Source: Cycas panzhihuaensis
Taxonomy: Eukaryota > Plantae > Cycadophyta
Length of the DNA stretch: 64,000 nt
Direction of reading: 5' to 3'
NCBI GenBank assembly: GCA_023213395.1
Contig: CM041465.1
Span: forward strand, 18,724,001-18,788,000
Shown here in pieces: positions 41,149-53,692 of this stretch. The translations under genes were made by a program, and so were the position numbers. The number at the start of each line of letters is the position of its first letter. Positions within the stretch are counted from its first letter, which is position 1. The notes under the pieces are model-generated. The model was not told the origin of the DNA, did no database searches, and saw only the letters and a list, made by a program, of their open reading frames with translations.

Positions 41149-44100
41149 TTTTTAAAGAGGTTAATGTATCAAGGTCATTTGTGTAGATTAATTATGTGAC
41201 CTTAAGATATATTGTTAGCATTAGTCTTTTAATGAAATACAGTTTATGTGCATTTAGATATAATTTTGAGTTTATGTCATTAGGCGAAAAAATCCTAACC
41301 CTAATGCTTACCCTCAATAATAAAAGGCAAAATCTCAAGGAGGGAGTCATTATTCATTCTCACCTCCAAGCTTTCTCTCATATCTTATTTCATCTCTTTT
41401 TCATTCTCCATTACCATTGTATGCATGTGAGTGATTTATTCCCTAGATTTATCCTTCCTTCATGTGGTATTAGAGCTAGAAGGAGATCTACTCACTCCAT
41501 TCCACTTGCATGGAGTCATTTTACCTCTCATTCACCTTTAATGTAAAGTATTGGGAATGCACTCATCATTTTTTAATATTTTGAGAGTTTAAAATTATAG
41601 TAATTTATATGTTACTAATTTTTCTATATGTGAAAAATTTCAAAGGTGGAAAATATAGGTTTTTGAAGCTACTTGGTTGTTGGAACATTCTCGAAAGCAT
41701 TAAAGACCTACAATTTTATGAAAATTTTGATCATCTCAAATTTTGATAAAATTTAGTATGCAAGATCACTTTGAGTAGAAGATTATTTTTTTCTTCTAGA
41801 GCAACTTCAGATTCAGCCTACAACAGTGAGTTTTAGTTGAAACAAAAGGTTAAAATTTAGGGATAAGTGACTTAAGGCACTTTTTTTAATGAAATCCTTT
41901 AATCGTAAGCTGAAAATCTAAAAGTGTTTTTAAGGTATCTAGTAGATTTATGTACTAAGATAGTTTTAAGATAAATCTCATCAAATTTCATCCATTGGTT
42001 AGTGAGATCTATGAACTTTTCTTAGGGATGCTGAATTTGCCTACTCAACCCCATAAAGGATATTGTGAGGGCATTTCAGGCAATTTTTTGGATGATTTTG
42101 GAGATGGTACAGAAGGAAAAGTTGATTTACATATCAATACATAACTTTTGACATATTGAAGTTTAGATTGTGAGATATGGATCTGGCAAGATTATGCTTT
42201 AATGTTTTTTTTGGGTAAACATTTTTTACGTCTTTTTAGAAATCTGACTTCACTACTCTATCGTAAACAATATTCTAAATACTTTTTCCTTCTGTCATAA
42301 ATTCAAATTCCATCATTTAGGCCTTCATATTTATAATTTTAAGAAAATTTTACCTATTTATCGTTATTTATAAATTTGTGAAAAAATTAAAAAATAGGGC
42401 AAAATAACATGCATCTAGACTTAGAAAAATCAGTATTTTAGTAGCAAGTTGATCCACTTTTTATCCTATTATGGATTTTGTATTAAAATTTCTAAAAATA
42501 AATTTGTAAACATTATACTAAAGCAAGAGAAACCTTGGATTAGAAGCAACATCTGGCTCCCCTACTAAATCTAGTATACTTTTTTTATTTGTATATATAG
42601 CATAAAGCATCACAAAAGTAACATCAACAATAAAGAAAATATAAAATGTAAGCAAGAATATTTGGCAACTTTCCATTTCAGTTTTTAGTTATTTGAAAAT
42701 AAATTATATTATTTATAAACAGAATCTCATCCGTATGATTTATACCACCAGTTTTTTATTTGTACGCACACTCACCTTGGTTGAAATAGACCACGGTTGG
42801 CTAAAGTCTAGGCCCTAAGGGAGGTGTGAGTGTTATAATGGGTCTGGTCTTAATTCAAATAGTGGTGGAGGGATAGGTTAGCCATACCTATGGCCTCTAA
42901 TCAGGGATAATCCTGATAACCACTTGGGAAAACTGAAGAGTTTAATGCAAGATTAAATTTAAGCTAGTCCAATATCTGTCATAGCCATGGGATACAGACA
43001 TATTGTTTAACTCTTCGAAGAAGGTATATAGCTGCTCACTGGTAAACTGGGTGAGGACTGGGAGTACCTGGGCTCCACAATGACTTGGATTTCATCACCA
43101 AGCGTAGGTGCGAGTATCATGGGTGAAGGTCCTAATCATATACTAGAAGCCTTAGGTATCGAAACCTCACCTACATTTGGACATAAGTTTGAGGTTAGTG
43201 GAATGACACATCACTACTCTTTGCCATCTCTATATTAGACCTCATTCTTATATCATTACTTATGCTCATTTTTTTATAGTTGAAAATTACTTAATCATTG
43301 CTTGTTTCTCATCATAACATTCATTTCTATATCTCTGCTATGTTAGGTGTACTAGCCACACATGTTAGTAGCACATACTTCTATCATCTCTTCTACTTCT
43401 TCATCATCGCCACGTCATCTTAATTCAAGTAGAATGCTAACTGCATATTAAAAGGCAAAGAAAATTAGGATTTGTGGTACACTAAAGTTAAAAATGCTAT
43501 AAATTATGAATGCCTTTAGAGAGCCCACTTGCAGCCTACACCCATCATACCTGCAACAACTATAACACTTGCTTCTGGTGGATCCACCCCAATATCTCCT
43601 ACAGATGCTGCAACCAAACTATAATGGGAGATAGATGATGAAAAGATTCATGTAGGAATTATTTTGGTTACTGATCACTCCTTACATAACTTGATTAATG
43701 AAGAGCAACATGATACAGCCTAAAAGGTCCTTAAAGTTCTCAAGAAGAACTTTAATACTAAGTCAGATTTAGAATTTGTTCATCTTGTTATGAAAATGAA
43801 TAAATAAAAAATGCAGAAGGGATAAGCTCACGAGTTAATAAATCTCCTTTGACAAATAAAACATGCAATTGATACAGATTTTAAGACCTAATGTATCGCT
43901 TGGGCATTCTTGATTTAATCATGTCTACATGTTGCTGATTATAAAAACTTGCTTAGAAGTCTTCAATCTAGTGGAACATTGAAGACGCTCAACTTCGAAG
44001 CACTTGTCGAGAAGTTTATAGAATTTGACAAGACCTTTGATACGAACTTTGTAGCCTCTAACTCTCTTCTAGATGCAGCCTTTGAGGTTGAAGGAGTTTG

Positions 44101-47100
44101 CTACACAAAAAATCAAGGACCCTCTCATGGCAGAGGAAATAACTGAGTAAGAGGAAGAGGAAGAAATATGGAAAATTGTCCACAAGGTCAACCAAACCCT
44201 CAGTCATAGCCTTGATAGTCTCAAGGCCAAGGGCCACCTCAACAAAGAGCAAGATAGTTAGGTCAAACCAATACCTCTTTAGGGACTCGTAATCAAACTA
44301 TTATATGTGATTAGTGTAACTGTAAAGGACACTTAATAAAAGACTATAGAACTGCCACTTATAAGTTGGTCAAGTTCCAACTAAAACATGGAGCTTATAG
44401 TGTTGAAGAAACTTGTGAAGAATCCTTTAATGGTGCAGGTTTTGTACATGCACACTTTTAAAGAATTGAGGGATCTTCAGTATCAAATACTATTGACCAA
44501 CCAAAGAGATATTTTGAAGCTCGATGTGGATATATCACTTATGAATTCCCTTCACCAATACCAAGTCCTATTAGAACTTCAAATAATGTGGCTTGAATTG
44601 ATGGAAAATAGATTATGGACATAGGGGCAACTTAACATATGGCATGCAATTGTAGTCTATATCAAACATTTGACTCAAATATTCAAGGAGTTGTTCACAT
44701 GGCTAATAAATCACAACAACTAGTTGAAGGAATTGGTAGCATTCGCCTGAAACTCCTAGGCTTAAAAGATTTTACATTGCTTGATGTCTTATACATATCC
44801 AATCTTAAGCAAAACCTACTCTCCTTATCCATACTTATCTCTGATAGATTTAATCTAAGTGTAACTGCAAATAACTAGATTCTCCAAGCCATTTACCCTC
44901 CAACTAATCAAGTGGTTTTGACTAGATATCTCTGTAGCAAACTCTTTCTACTGAATAATTCTCCATCTTTTGAAGTCCATTGTGCCCAAAGCACTTGTGC
45001 TAATGAAGAATTTACATTTAATTCCATCCTAACCCACCCAATGTTGTCACCAAAAGCTCTTTGGCATGCTCTCAAGGGCCATGTTCATATTGATAGACTT
45101 AGAGATCTCTGTAACACTCTTCCAAATCTTTCAAAGTTCTCCTCTAAGCCTTTTAAATGTGAAACTTGTATCATTGCTAAATCTTATCGATAACCCTTTC
45201 CAAAAAGTTAGTAGAAATCGAGCCATCCATTACAATTGATACACTCTAATCTGTGCAGACTAATACCCATTCCTTCACTAAAGGGCAAGTTATATTACAC
45301 CTCTTTTATTGATGATTTTACTAGAAAAGTATAGGTAACTTTTCTACATAAGAAAGATGAAGCCTTCCTTGTATTCAAAGAATTCAAAGCTTGTACTAAA
45401 AAAGAGTCAGGTTATCAACTCAAATGTCTTTGAATTAATAATGGTGGCAAATATACCTCACATGAGTTTGAAAGCTACCTTTGAGACAATGGCATTAAGC
45501 ATCAAACAACAGTAGCAGGTACACCATAGTAAAATGGAGTTACCGAGTGTATGAACAGGATAATCATGAACGTAGCTCAAGCTATGTTGGTATATAAAAA
45601 TGTACCCATCTATCTATGGACTGAAGCTATCTGGATAGCTATTTATTGTATCAATGTTGTTAGCCCATCAAAGGAAGGAGAATCACCTAATGAAAAGTGG
45701 TTAAGACAAGCCCCCATTATTTGCTACTTTAAAATTTTTGGCTCTATATGCTATACCCATATTCTAGATATAGATCGAAATAAACTCTAGCCAAGGGCAC
45801 TTAAAGGCATCTTTATTAGATACCCTATGGATAATAAAATGTATAAGGTCTTTATACCTTTACAACAAAAAATCATCGTTGCCAAAGATGTCATTTTTAC
45901 AGAGATAGAGGATCAATTGCTTAGATTAGACTCTAAAGTACCCTCATTCTACTATAATAATGTTATTAAGTATGATGTTTAGATTCCAAAATTTGGAGGA
46001 GAGGATAGACATAAATTACTCCAAATATTGGAAGCTGATAATAGAGCCTTAGAGGATACAAGTTGTGACTCTGAACTGATGAGTGCACATCTAGCACCAT
46101 CCTTTGAAGATAGTAGAGTGACAAAGGTAAAGCCATTATAGAAGAACCATCCTCTCCACCTTCAGTTGATAAATGTAAAACAGTGATAAAAGGACCATCT
46201 TCCTCAGGTACATCAACATCCTCCTCACAAAATAATCATTTTAATGAATAATATGAGAACTAAGAAGTTGAGAAAATGAGGACCTTATTCCCAACTTAAG
46301 GATCTCAAGAAACCCACTAACTTAATAAGGACATACAACCAGATGAGGTGGATAAAACTAGTACTCAAAGTACCCATAAAGCAAGTGTGCAAGAATTATT
46401 ATATACTGAGATTGAACTGATAGAACTGCACCTTACTCTTAATGAAGAACCTTAACGTACCAAGAAGTTATAAAGCATACAACTTTGAGAAATGCCATAA
46501 ATGAAGAGTACCAATCTCTTATAAAGAATAGTATATGGGAGCTTATTGATCTACCACTTGGCAGAAAGGTAGTTCAAAATAAATGGGTGTTCAAAAACAA
46601 ATATAGATCAGATGGCACCCTTGAAAAACATAAGGTGAGGTTGGCAGCTAAAGAATTCACACAAAGGGAAGGCATTGACTATACTGAAGTCTTTGCAGCT
46701 ACAACCAAGTGGCCTACAATTAGAACTCTTGTGGTCTTGGCTGCTCAATAGGGTTAGAAAATCCACCAACTCAATATTAAGACCGTGTTTCTCAATGGGG
46801 ATCGTAAAGAAGAAATTTACATAGCTCATCCAAAAGGATATGAGATTGAAGGTTAAGAGCATAAGGTTTACAAGCTCAGAAAGTCCTTGTATGGCCTTAA
46901 ACAAGCCCCTCATACTTGGTTTGCTAAGTTATCTAAAAGAATGAGGTAACTTGGATACGAGGTTTATGACTACCAAGATATTGATGTAACATTGTTTATC
47001 AAGTGCCAAAAGGATAAAGTCACTTATCTCATAATATTTATGGATAATATGCTAATAATGAGTAATAGTGAATAGGTAATAAGCTAGCTAAACAAGGACC

Positions 47101-48742
47101 TTAGCAAAATGTTTGAATTGTCTGACCTCAATTTGATGAAATATTAAAATTGAAGTAATATAAAAGAATAGAAAAAATTTCCTCTCCCAAGAAAAATGCA
47201 TCAACGATCTTCTAACAAAGTTTCTATTAGAAGATATTCGACCAACGACATTACCTATGGACCCTAATACCAAACTCTCAACTAATGGTGACACTAGGGA
47301 GGCAGACATAACACTCTATAGGAAATTTATAGGTAGTCTCATCTATACTACTAATACTAGTCTAGATATTACATACTCTATCGACATTCTTATATGATTC
47401 ATGACAAATCCTAAGTAGAATAATTAGTAGGTTGTAGTTAGAGTGTTAAAATACCTAAAGATAACTGATAAATTTGGTCTATTGTATGAACTTAATAATG
47501 AATTTAAGCTTTCTGCATACACAGACCTAGACTTTATAAGATATAAAGATATATGAAGATCTACATTTAGGTATATAATATTTCTTGGAATAGCACTAAT
47601 ATCTTGGAGATCTAGACAGTGAAGATAGTTGCTAATTTAACTGCCGAAGTTGAATACATTGCTTCTTTTGAGACTAGCAAGGAGGCGATATGGCTTAGAA
47701 AATTATTAGAAACATTGAATATCACCCAAACAAGTCTTGTTGGCCTTCATGTGGATAATCAATTAGTAATCTACATGGCAAAAAATCTTATATTTCATGA
47801 TTATACCAAACACATAAGTACAAAAGTCCATAGGATTAGAGAACTTATTCATGACGACACAATTCAATTGGAATACTACTCCATAGTAGATCAAGTGGCT
47901 GATATCTTCACCAAACTACTACAAAAGGCAAAGTTTGAACAGTTCTGAAGGTAGTTTGACCTTAGGAGCTCTATCTTTGACTGATTAAAGAAGATGGCGA
48001 TATGATCATCATACTTTATTCTCTTTGTAAAAACCCCTTGTAGGTGCGGAAGAATAAGAGTAAGTCTTTGCTCTATCCTATTTGTGAAAACCCCATGTAG
48101 GTACAGAAGGATAAGGGTTGTACTAGTTTTAGAAAATTAGAACCTGTGAAAACCTAAAAGGGCATAGGAGATGACGAATTGGTATATGGAGACATAAAAG
48201 ATTAAGCTACACATTTAAGATGCTTTGCTATCACGTTACATCAAAGAGCCACCTTAGTCATTTTGATTTATAAAAGAGGTTATAGATCTTAGAAAGTCCA
48301 TGGGTTTTTATTCCCTATGAGGGTTTTCCCACAAGAGTGTCATTTAGAATTTCAATGTAATAATAAGGCTCAAATGAAGACCTCATATAATAGATTTTCT
48401 TAAAATGACCTTCCACCATTAAGGGGGGGATTAAAATACATTGATGTATCAAGGCCATTTGTGTAGATTAATTATGTGACCTTAGGATATATTGTTAGCA
48501 TTAGTCTCTTAATGAAATACACTTTATATGCATTTAGATATAATTTTAGGTTTATGTCATTAGGTAGGAAAATCCTAATCCTAATGCTCACCATCAATAA
48601 TAAAAGGTAAAATCTCAAGGAGAGAGTCATTATTCATTTTCACCTCCAAGCTTGCTCTCATATCTTATTTAATCTCTTTTTCATTCTCCATTGCCATTGT
48701 GTGCATGTGAGTGATTTATTCCCTAGATCCATCCTTTCTTCA
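41149..48742 (+). mobile_element. Copia C: Ty1/Copia inserted between gag and protease of the Gypsy host
   Basis: LTRs ~41149-41462 and ~48429-48742. TSD CTCTT/TTCTT (4/5 match). PBS TGGTATTAGAGC at 41465. PPT AAGGGGGGG at 48421. Integrase (45551-45790), RT (46485-46751) and RNase H (47619-47948, DQVADIFTK). Confidence 0.93.
43400..47948 (+). pseudogene. Copia C gag-pol
   Basis: Copia domain order gag-PR-INT-RT-RH in ORF-track fragments; many stops. Confidence 0.9.
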
Positions 48743-49899
48743 TTCTTTTATAAGGGAAACTCTTCTAGGTTGAAGGTGATGATATACTATCATATGGATT
48801 TGATATAAATTGTATGAATAGATACTTCTTTATGCCTTAGGGTTTCTTGAAGTAGATTTCTCCATTTAGGGAAGCTTTGTAAGATGTCTCTTATGGACAT
48901 CCCCCTAGAGACAATTTGAAGTCCTTTGATGATGGAAAATATCAATCCCTTACTAGTGGATTAGGAAAGAGCTCTTTTTAGTTCATATCACCTTGGGTAG
49001 ATTGGAATGGTCTTAGGAAAATAGGAATTTCTATGGGTTAAGTCTTATGGGATGACTACTAAGAAATAAATGTATTTTCAACTTCTTTAATTACTTAGGC
49101 ATGAGTGGTAGCAAATCCTTGTTTGGAATCAATCATCTAGATAACTCCTTTTCCTTTAGTATTATAATATTAGGTGGATTTAGAAGACTTTTGATCTTTT
49201 GAAGGTTGAATCTCTTATTCTATCTAAGAAGCTTGTTCAAGTTAGTTTTATAGTGTTCAAGGAGTAGGTCACCATTATGGCAGGGGTCTTCCTCTATCCC
49301 TTTTCTCTTGAGATTGGTATTGGTACTTGGGGTCCTCATGAATCATGAATGAGTCTTTATGAATAGGCTATTCGAGGTTAGGTTTTGAAGTGGCTTGTGT
49401 TAGATCTCTTGGGGGTGCTAATTTGAGATGTTGGGTATAATAATATGCATTGTCATGGAAATAATACTGATATATCAAGTACCATCTCTTTTCTTAGGGA
49501 GAAGGAGTTTTCTTCTTGTGGGAGGGGGGTGAAGATTAGGGTTGTTTCCCTTGGTTTGGAGAGGATTTCATATTATTTGTTGAACTAACCTATACCTTGG
49601 TAGGGAAACAAATAACTATTATTGGCCTTGTGTTGGCTATAACTTGATATCTCCCTTAATTTACATGAATGAGAGAATAACATAGGTGAGAGAATCCATT
49701 ATCTTATTAGGGCTATCAACATAGGGCCTTAGGGACTATGGTTGAGGCTAGGGTCCTATAGTGAAGGGGGTGCCTCTTATCAGTGGGGAAGTTTGTTGAG
49801 CTTCTTAAGCCTTGCTTAAATCTTGATGAGCTCTAAGGTTAAATATTTGGTAATTATTGAGTTAAAACTAGTTATGCCTATACTAAGCATTTTCACATG

Positions 49900-50350
49900 G
49901 ACTTTATGATGAATAACACTAAAAAAGATATATATTTTTAGTTCTTCAAGTAATGCGGCTTTGGACAAATAGAGGAGGTCATGGAAATGATAATTGAAGT
50001 CCTATTTGAGCTCATCTTATCCTTTATTGAGTGAAAGAAGGGCCTTTACCACACTCTCAAAATGTCATGAGACATCAAAATAATTGATGAAGGTGTCAAC
50101 TAGATGTTGGAAGTAGTAGCTTGAATGAAGGGGGAGATAATAGAACCACTTAAGAGTATCACCTTAAAGAGACTAAGGGAAGAATATTATGATAACGTAG
50201 TTGTATGGCCAATATTTAATACATGCCATAACAAAGGCCTTGACATAATCCCCTAGGTATTAGGATGATATCCCTTCAAATATAGGGATCTTTAGTAGAT
50301 ATAGAAGTAGGTTAGTGCAAAGAGCATTAGAGAAAGATGACTTCTATAAT
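49900..50350 (-). pseudogene. Tat/Ogre gag (Retrotrans_gag-like) remnant
   Basis: Minus strand gives GDYVKAFVMACIKYWPYNYVIIIFFP*SL*GDTLKWFYYLPP. Confidence 0.7.
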
Positions 50351-52037
50351 AGTTAATAAATGGATATATGATAGGTTGAGCTAATGAGTCAACTAGTAGA
50401 TATGTCGATTAAGGGTGGTAGGGGTAGGATGTTAAGGCTCTACTATAGGGGCTTATTCCATATAGGTGGGTTTGTTAAGGTAAACCAAGGTGAGGGATTC
50501 TTTTAGCTTGGAAAGAGGTTATGGTTTAGGTGTGAGGATTAGTTTCATATAATGGGATCCTCTATAACTCAGGCTATTATGAGGATATACTTAACATAGA
50601 GGGGACTAATAGGTTTGGGTAAGATTCTACCATGATATACTTATGGCTTAAGTTTTAAATGATTCTTATGTGAAGACCCCTTAAAAAGTGACTATATAAG
50701 AGGGAGTTATGATAGGTTAAAGTTATTAGGGTTGGTAAGAAAAAAGGCTAAGTTGAGCTATAGTAAGCATAAACTAGTAAGGAGGATTTAGATAAGAAAG
50801 TGGGTGGGCAATAGAATTCTACCTATATGGGCCTCCAATTATAGGGGCAACCCCATATGGGTGGAGGGAATCAATGCCAAAGGGAATAAGAGATTAAGTC
50901 CCCTTACCCCTACTACTTAGTCACATAAACTAGTGGGAGATAAGTGGATTGCCTAGGTCATAAGATAGGCTAGAAAGGGCATGATGAAGCTTAGGAGATA
51001 CCCTAGGGACCTATAAGTTGAGGTATGAAATGAGATATAGGGCAAGGTATAAGCAAAATAAAAGGAGTAGACAATGCTCCTATAGGTTGAGTGATGGAGG
51101 CATGGAGCCCACTAGTTAGAGGGATAGTTAGCATAGAATGAGGGGGTGGCTATTAAGGAGGAGGTCCCACCACCAAGGAGGCTACCGCAGATAAGATTAA
51201 TATCAACAAGGGTTAAGAAGGAAGAAAAAGAGCTTGTGAGATTTCCCCCTATGAAGGTGCCTACTATTATGGTTAGGAAATAGGGAGGGTTAGGCCTACA
51301 TTGCTCCCAAACAAGTGATGACATTATGTTTGAGTGGTGTTTGCTAATGACCTTTGGAAATACACCCTTAGGGTGACCACACTTTCCCAAGGGATATTGG
51401 GGGCTTGGGTGAGTTCAAGGATGGCTTTAATTTCATGGGATTATTCAACATAATAGGTTTAAGGAATAGGTTCTAAGTCAACTAAGGTATCAAAGTGCTG
51501 GGCAACTCTAATATCATGGGAAGATAACTTGACAAGGTTTTGATATAAGATATCAAGCTCATATAGAGGATGAAAAAGGATCATCCTATTAGGAAAGGGT
51601 TTATGTAGGTCATATAAATTAATTATATATGACCAATCTAGGCTATAGATCTGGTGTGGATCTTAGGCTTAATATGGGTCTTAGAATTAATAATATGGTT
51701 GGTATTGAAAGGGATCAATTAACCATTGAAATAAAGGTTAGTCTACCATTGACAAAATCTCAACATAGAATGGGCTAAATGGGTAGGTAAACCCAAATAT
51801 AAAGGTGGTAGTCCTTGAAAATAATAAAAGAATCAATGCATGCATGAGGTGAATAAGAAAAGTGAAGAGTATAATAGATAATAATCAAATACACACTTAC
51901 ATGCTAAAGTAATAATGAAAAGATAACAGATGCTCATGAAAGGTAACCATGTGCTAATGAGAGTGTTTCCCTAAGGCAAAAATACAAATGAAATAAAAGT
52001 AAGAATCAATGATATATCACTAACTCAATTTGGTGAG

Positions 52038-52055
52038 TAGCTAGTATGGTCACCA
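52038..52055 (-). promoter_or_regulatory. primer-binding site, tRNA-Arg-like (decayed)
   Basis: Minus-strand TGGTGACCATACTAG lies 5 nt after the LTR end (...GTCAACA). It resembles the TGGCGACC... Arg-type PBS of Tat/Ogre elements, with C>T changes. Confidence 0.6.
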
Positions 52056-52060
52056 TTGAA

Positions 52061-53692
52061 TGTTGACACATAGGAAAAAGAGGACAATCATGTGATTTGA
52101 CTATAGACCCAAGGAAAAAGATTCTAAATCAAGAAGATGATGAGACTAAAGCTCTTATGAGGCACTTGTTTATCTTGTGAATGTAGGTGAAAGGATAAAA
52201 GGAAAGCTCTTAGACTAAGGGAAATATATCAATGTATGCAAGTAATAGCCTAAGACAAAGAAACTATTAACTAATTAGCTTGATATAGGCAAACATATAG
52301 AAAGCAATAATTCATAATGAGAAATCAAGGGAAAGTTATTAATTAACTAAGAGAATAAAGATAAAACTAATCAACTTTAATAACAAGTGCCCTTAAAAGG
52401 ACTAAACAACAACTAATAAAATGGCTCTCCTGGACTAAGATGTTTGCTAGAGTGTATGCCTCCTAACCATCAACATAGCTATGTGCCTATAATTAATGCA
52501 ATTATCCTTCCAAAAGAAGACTAGCCTATTATATTCTAGATTCCAAAATAAACCTAGAATACTAGACTCAATTTAGAAATAAGGAAGGGACTAAGTAGAG
52601 TAAGAGGCCTGAAGGAGTTAGGACCATAAGATCAATTTACTCATGGATAAGTCAGTGGGGACTCATCAATACTAGTGACCCATGCCACATAAGTGTGAGG
52701 TGACTTGGCAATGCTTACATCTAACTCTAATGAGCCTTAATGTCTAAGAGGTGAAATAAAAAGAGGTTATTTCTCTCAATAAAATATATAACATTTACTC
52801 AGTTATTTGAACGATATATGTAAGCATGTAATAAGGATATATACCCTCCATTAGATATTTGGAACATAGATTTAAGGACTTGACTCACCTAAGGGTATAA
52901 GGCCACCCCCTTCATTTAGTAATAAAATTCAACTAGAGAACAAGTGATCCCCCTCATTGATAAGGGAACAACCCTATCTTAAGAATATCCATAAGCAATA
53001 GAAAACAAACACCTATAATGCAATTAATATGCATGTTTGATTGTATGAAATCGACAAATTAGACCCTAGTCTAAAAGAAAGACTTTTGGCCTTATAGATT
53101 TGAGGACTCGTAATAAGTGCTAGCCTCCAATCTATTAGTCTTTCACCAAAATATATATACATAAGCACATGTAATGTAGAATGTTATATATAATCTCACT
53201 CTTCTCTCTCTTTTTATATTTTTAAAGATTTTTATATTTTTCTTATAAAAAAATATGATGCCCTATGTGCGAGGAGAAGGAAAGAGCAAGTAAGAATATG
53301 TTACATACAAATAATCAAACTTTTCTCTTTTTATTTTCAAATAAAGCTACAAATTAAAATACATTTTTTGCCTTTTTTTTGGGGAAAAATAAATCCTACA
53401 AAGAGAGTGTTTAATGAATAATACTTGGTTTTTGCTTCTAAGCTTTTAACAATCAAACTCCTTACCAAAGCAAACTCTCACCACATGGACTTTGCCAAAG
53501 GGGCAACGAGTAATTTTAGTGGAATATGCATATAACATGATACCTATAAAAACTTTAGTAACATTTCTACTTATTAAATCATTCTATAATGAAAAAAAAT
53601 CATTGTCAGGATTAAGAATACCCAAAAATAATAAAAAAATAAGCGTGATAGATTATACCATTTTGGGTGATTCTAGGTGAATTTTGACATCA
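52061..53692 (-). repeat. 5' LTR (~1.6 kb) of the Tat/Ogre-like element
   Basis: Termini TGTTGACA...TGACATCA; adjacent to the PBS; homologous along its length to 57849-58885 plus 62520-63121. Confidence 0.8.

Larger units (their letters stand above)
21500..53692 (-). mobile_element. Tat/Ogre-like Ty3/Gypsy host element, interrupted by Copia A (with B inside) and Copia C; 3' end not located
   Basis: Collinear minus-strand LTR, PBS, gag (~49900-50350), protease (~40700-41130), RT, RH and INT. The host sequence resumes across both Copia TSDs. The left boundary is a guess. Confidence 0.75.

Noticed and set aside
42925-42975. CTGAAGAG plus short stem as a hammerhead core
   Set aside because: No GAAA after the stem and no stem I/III pairing.
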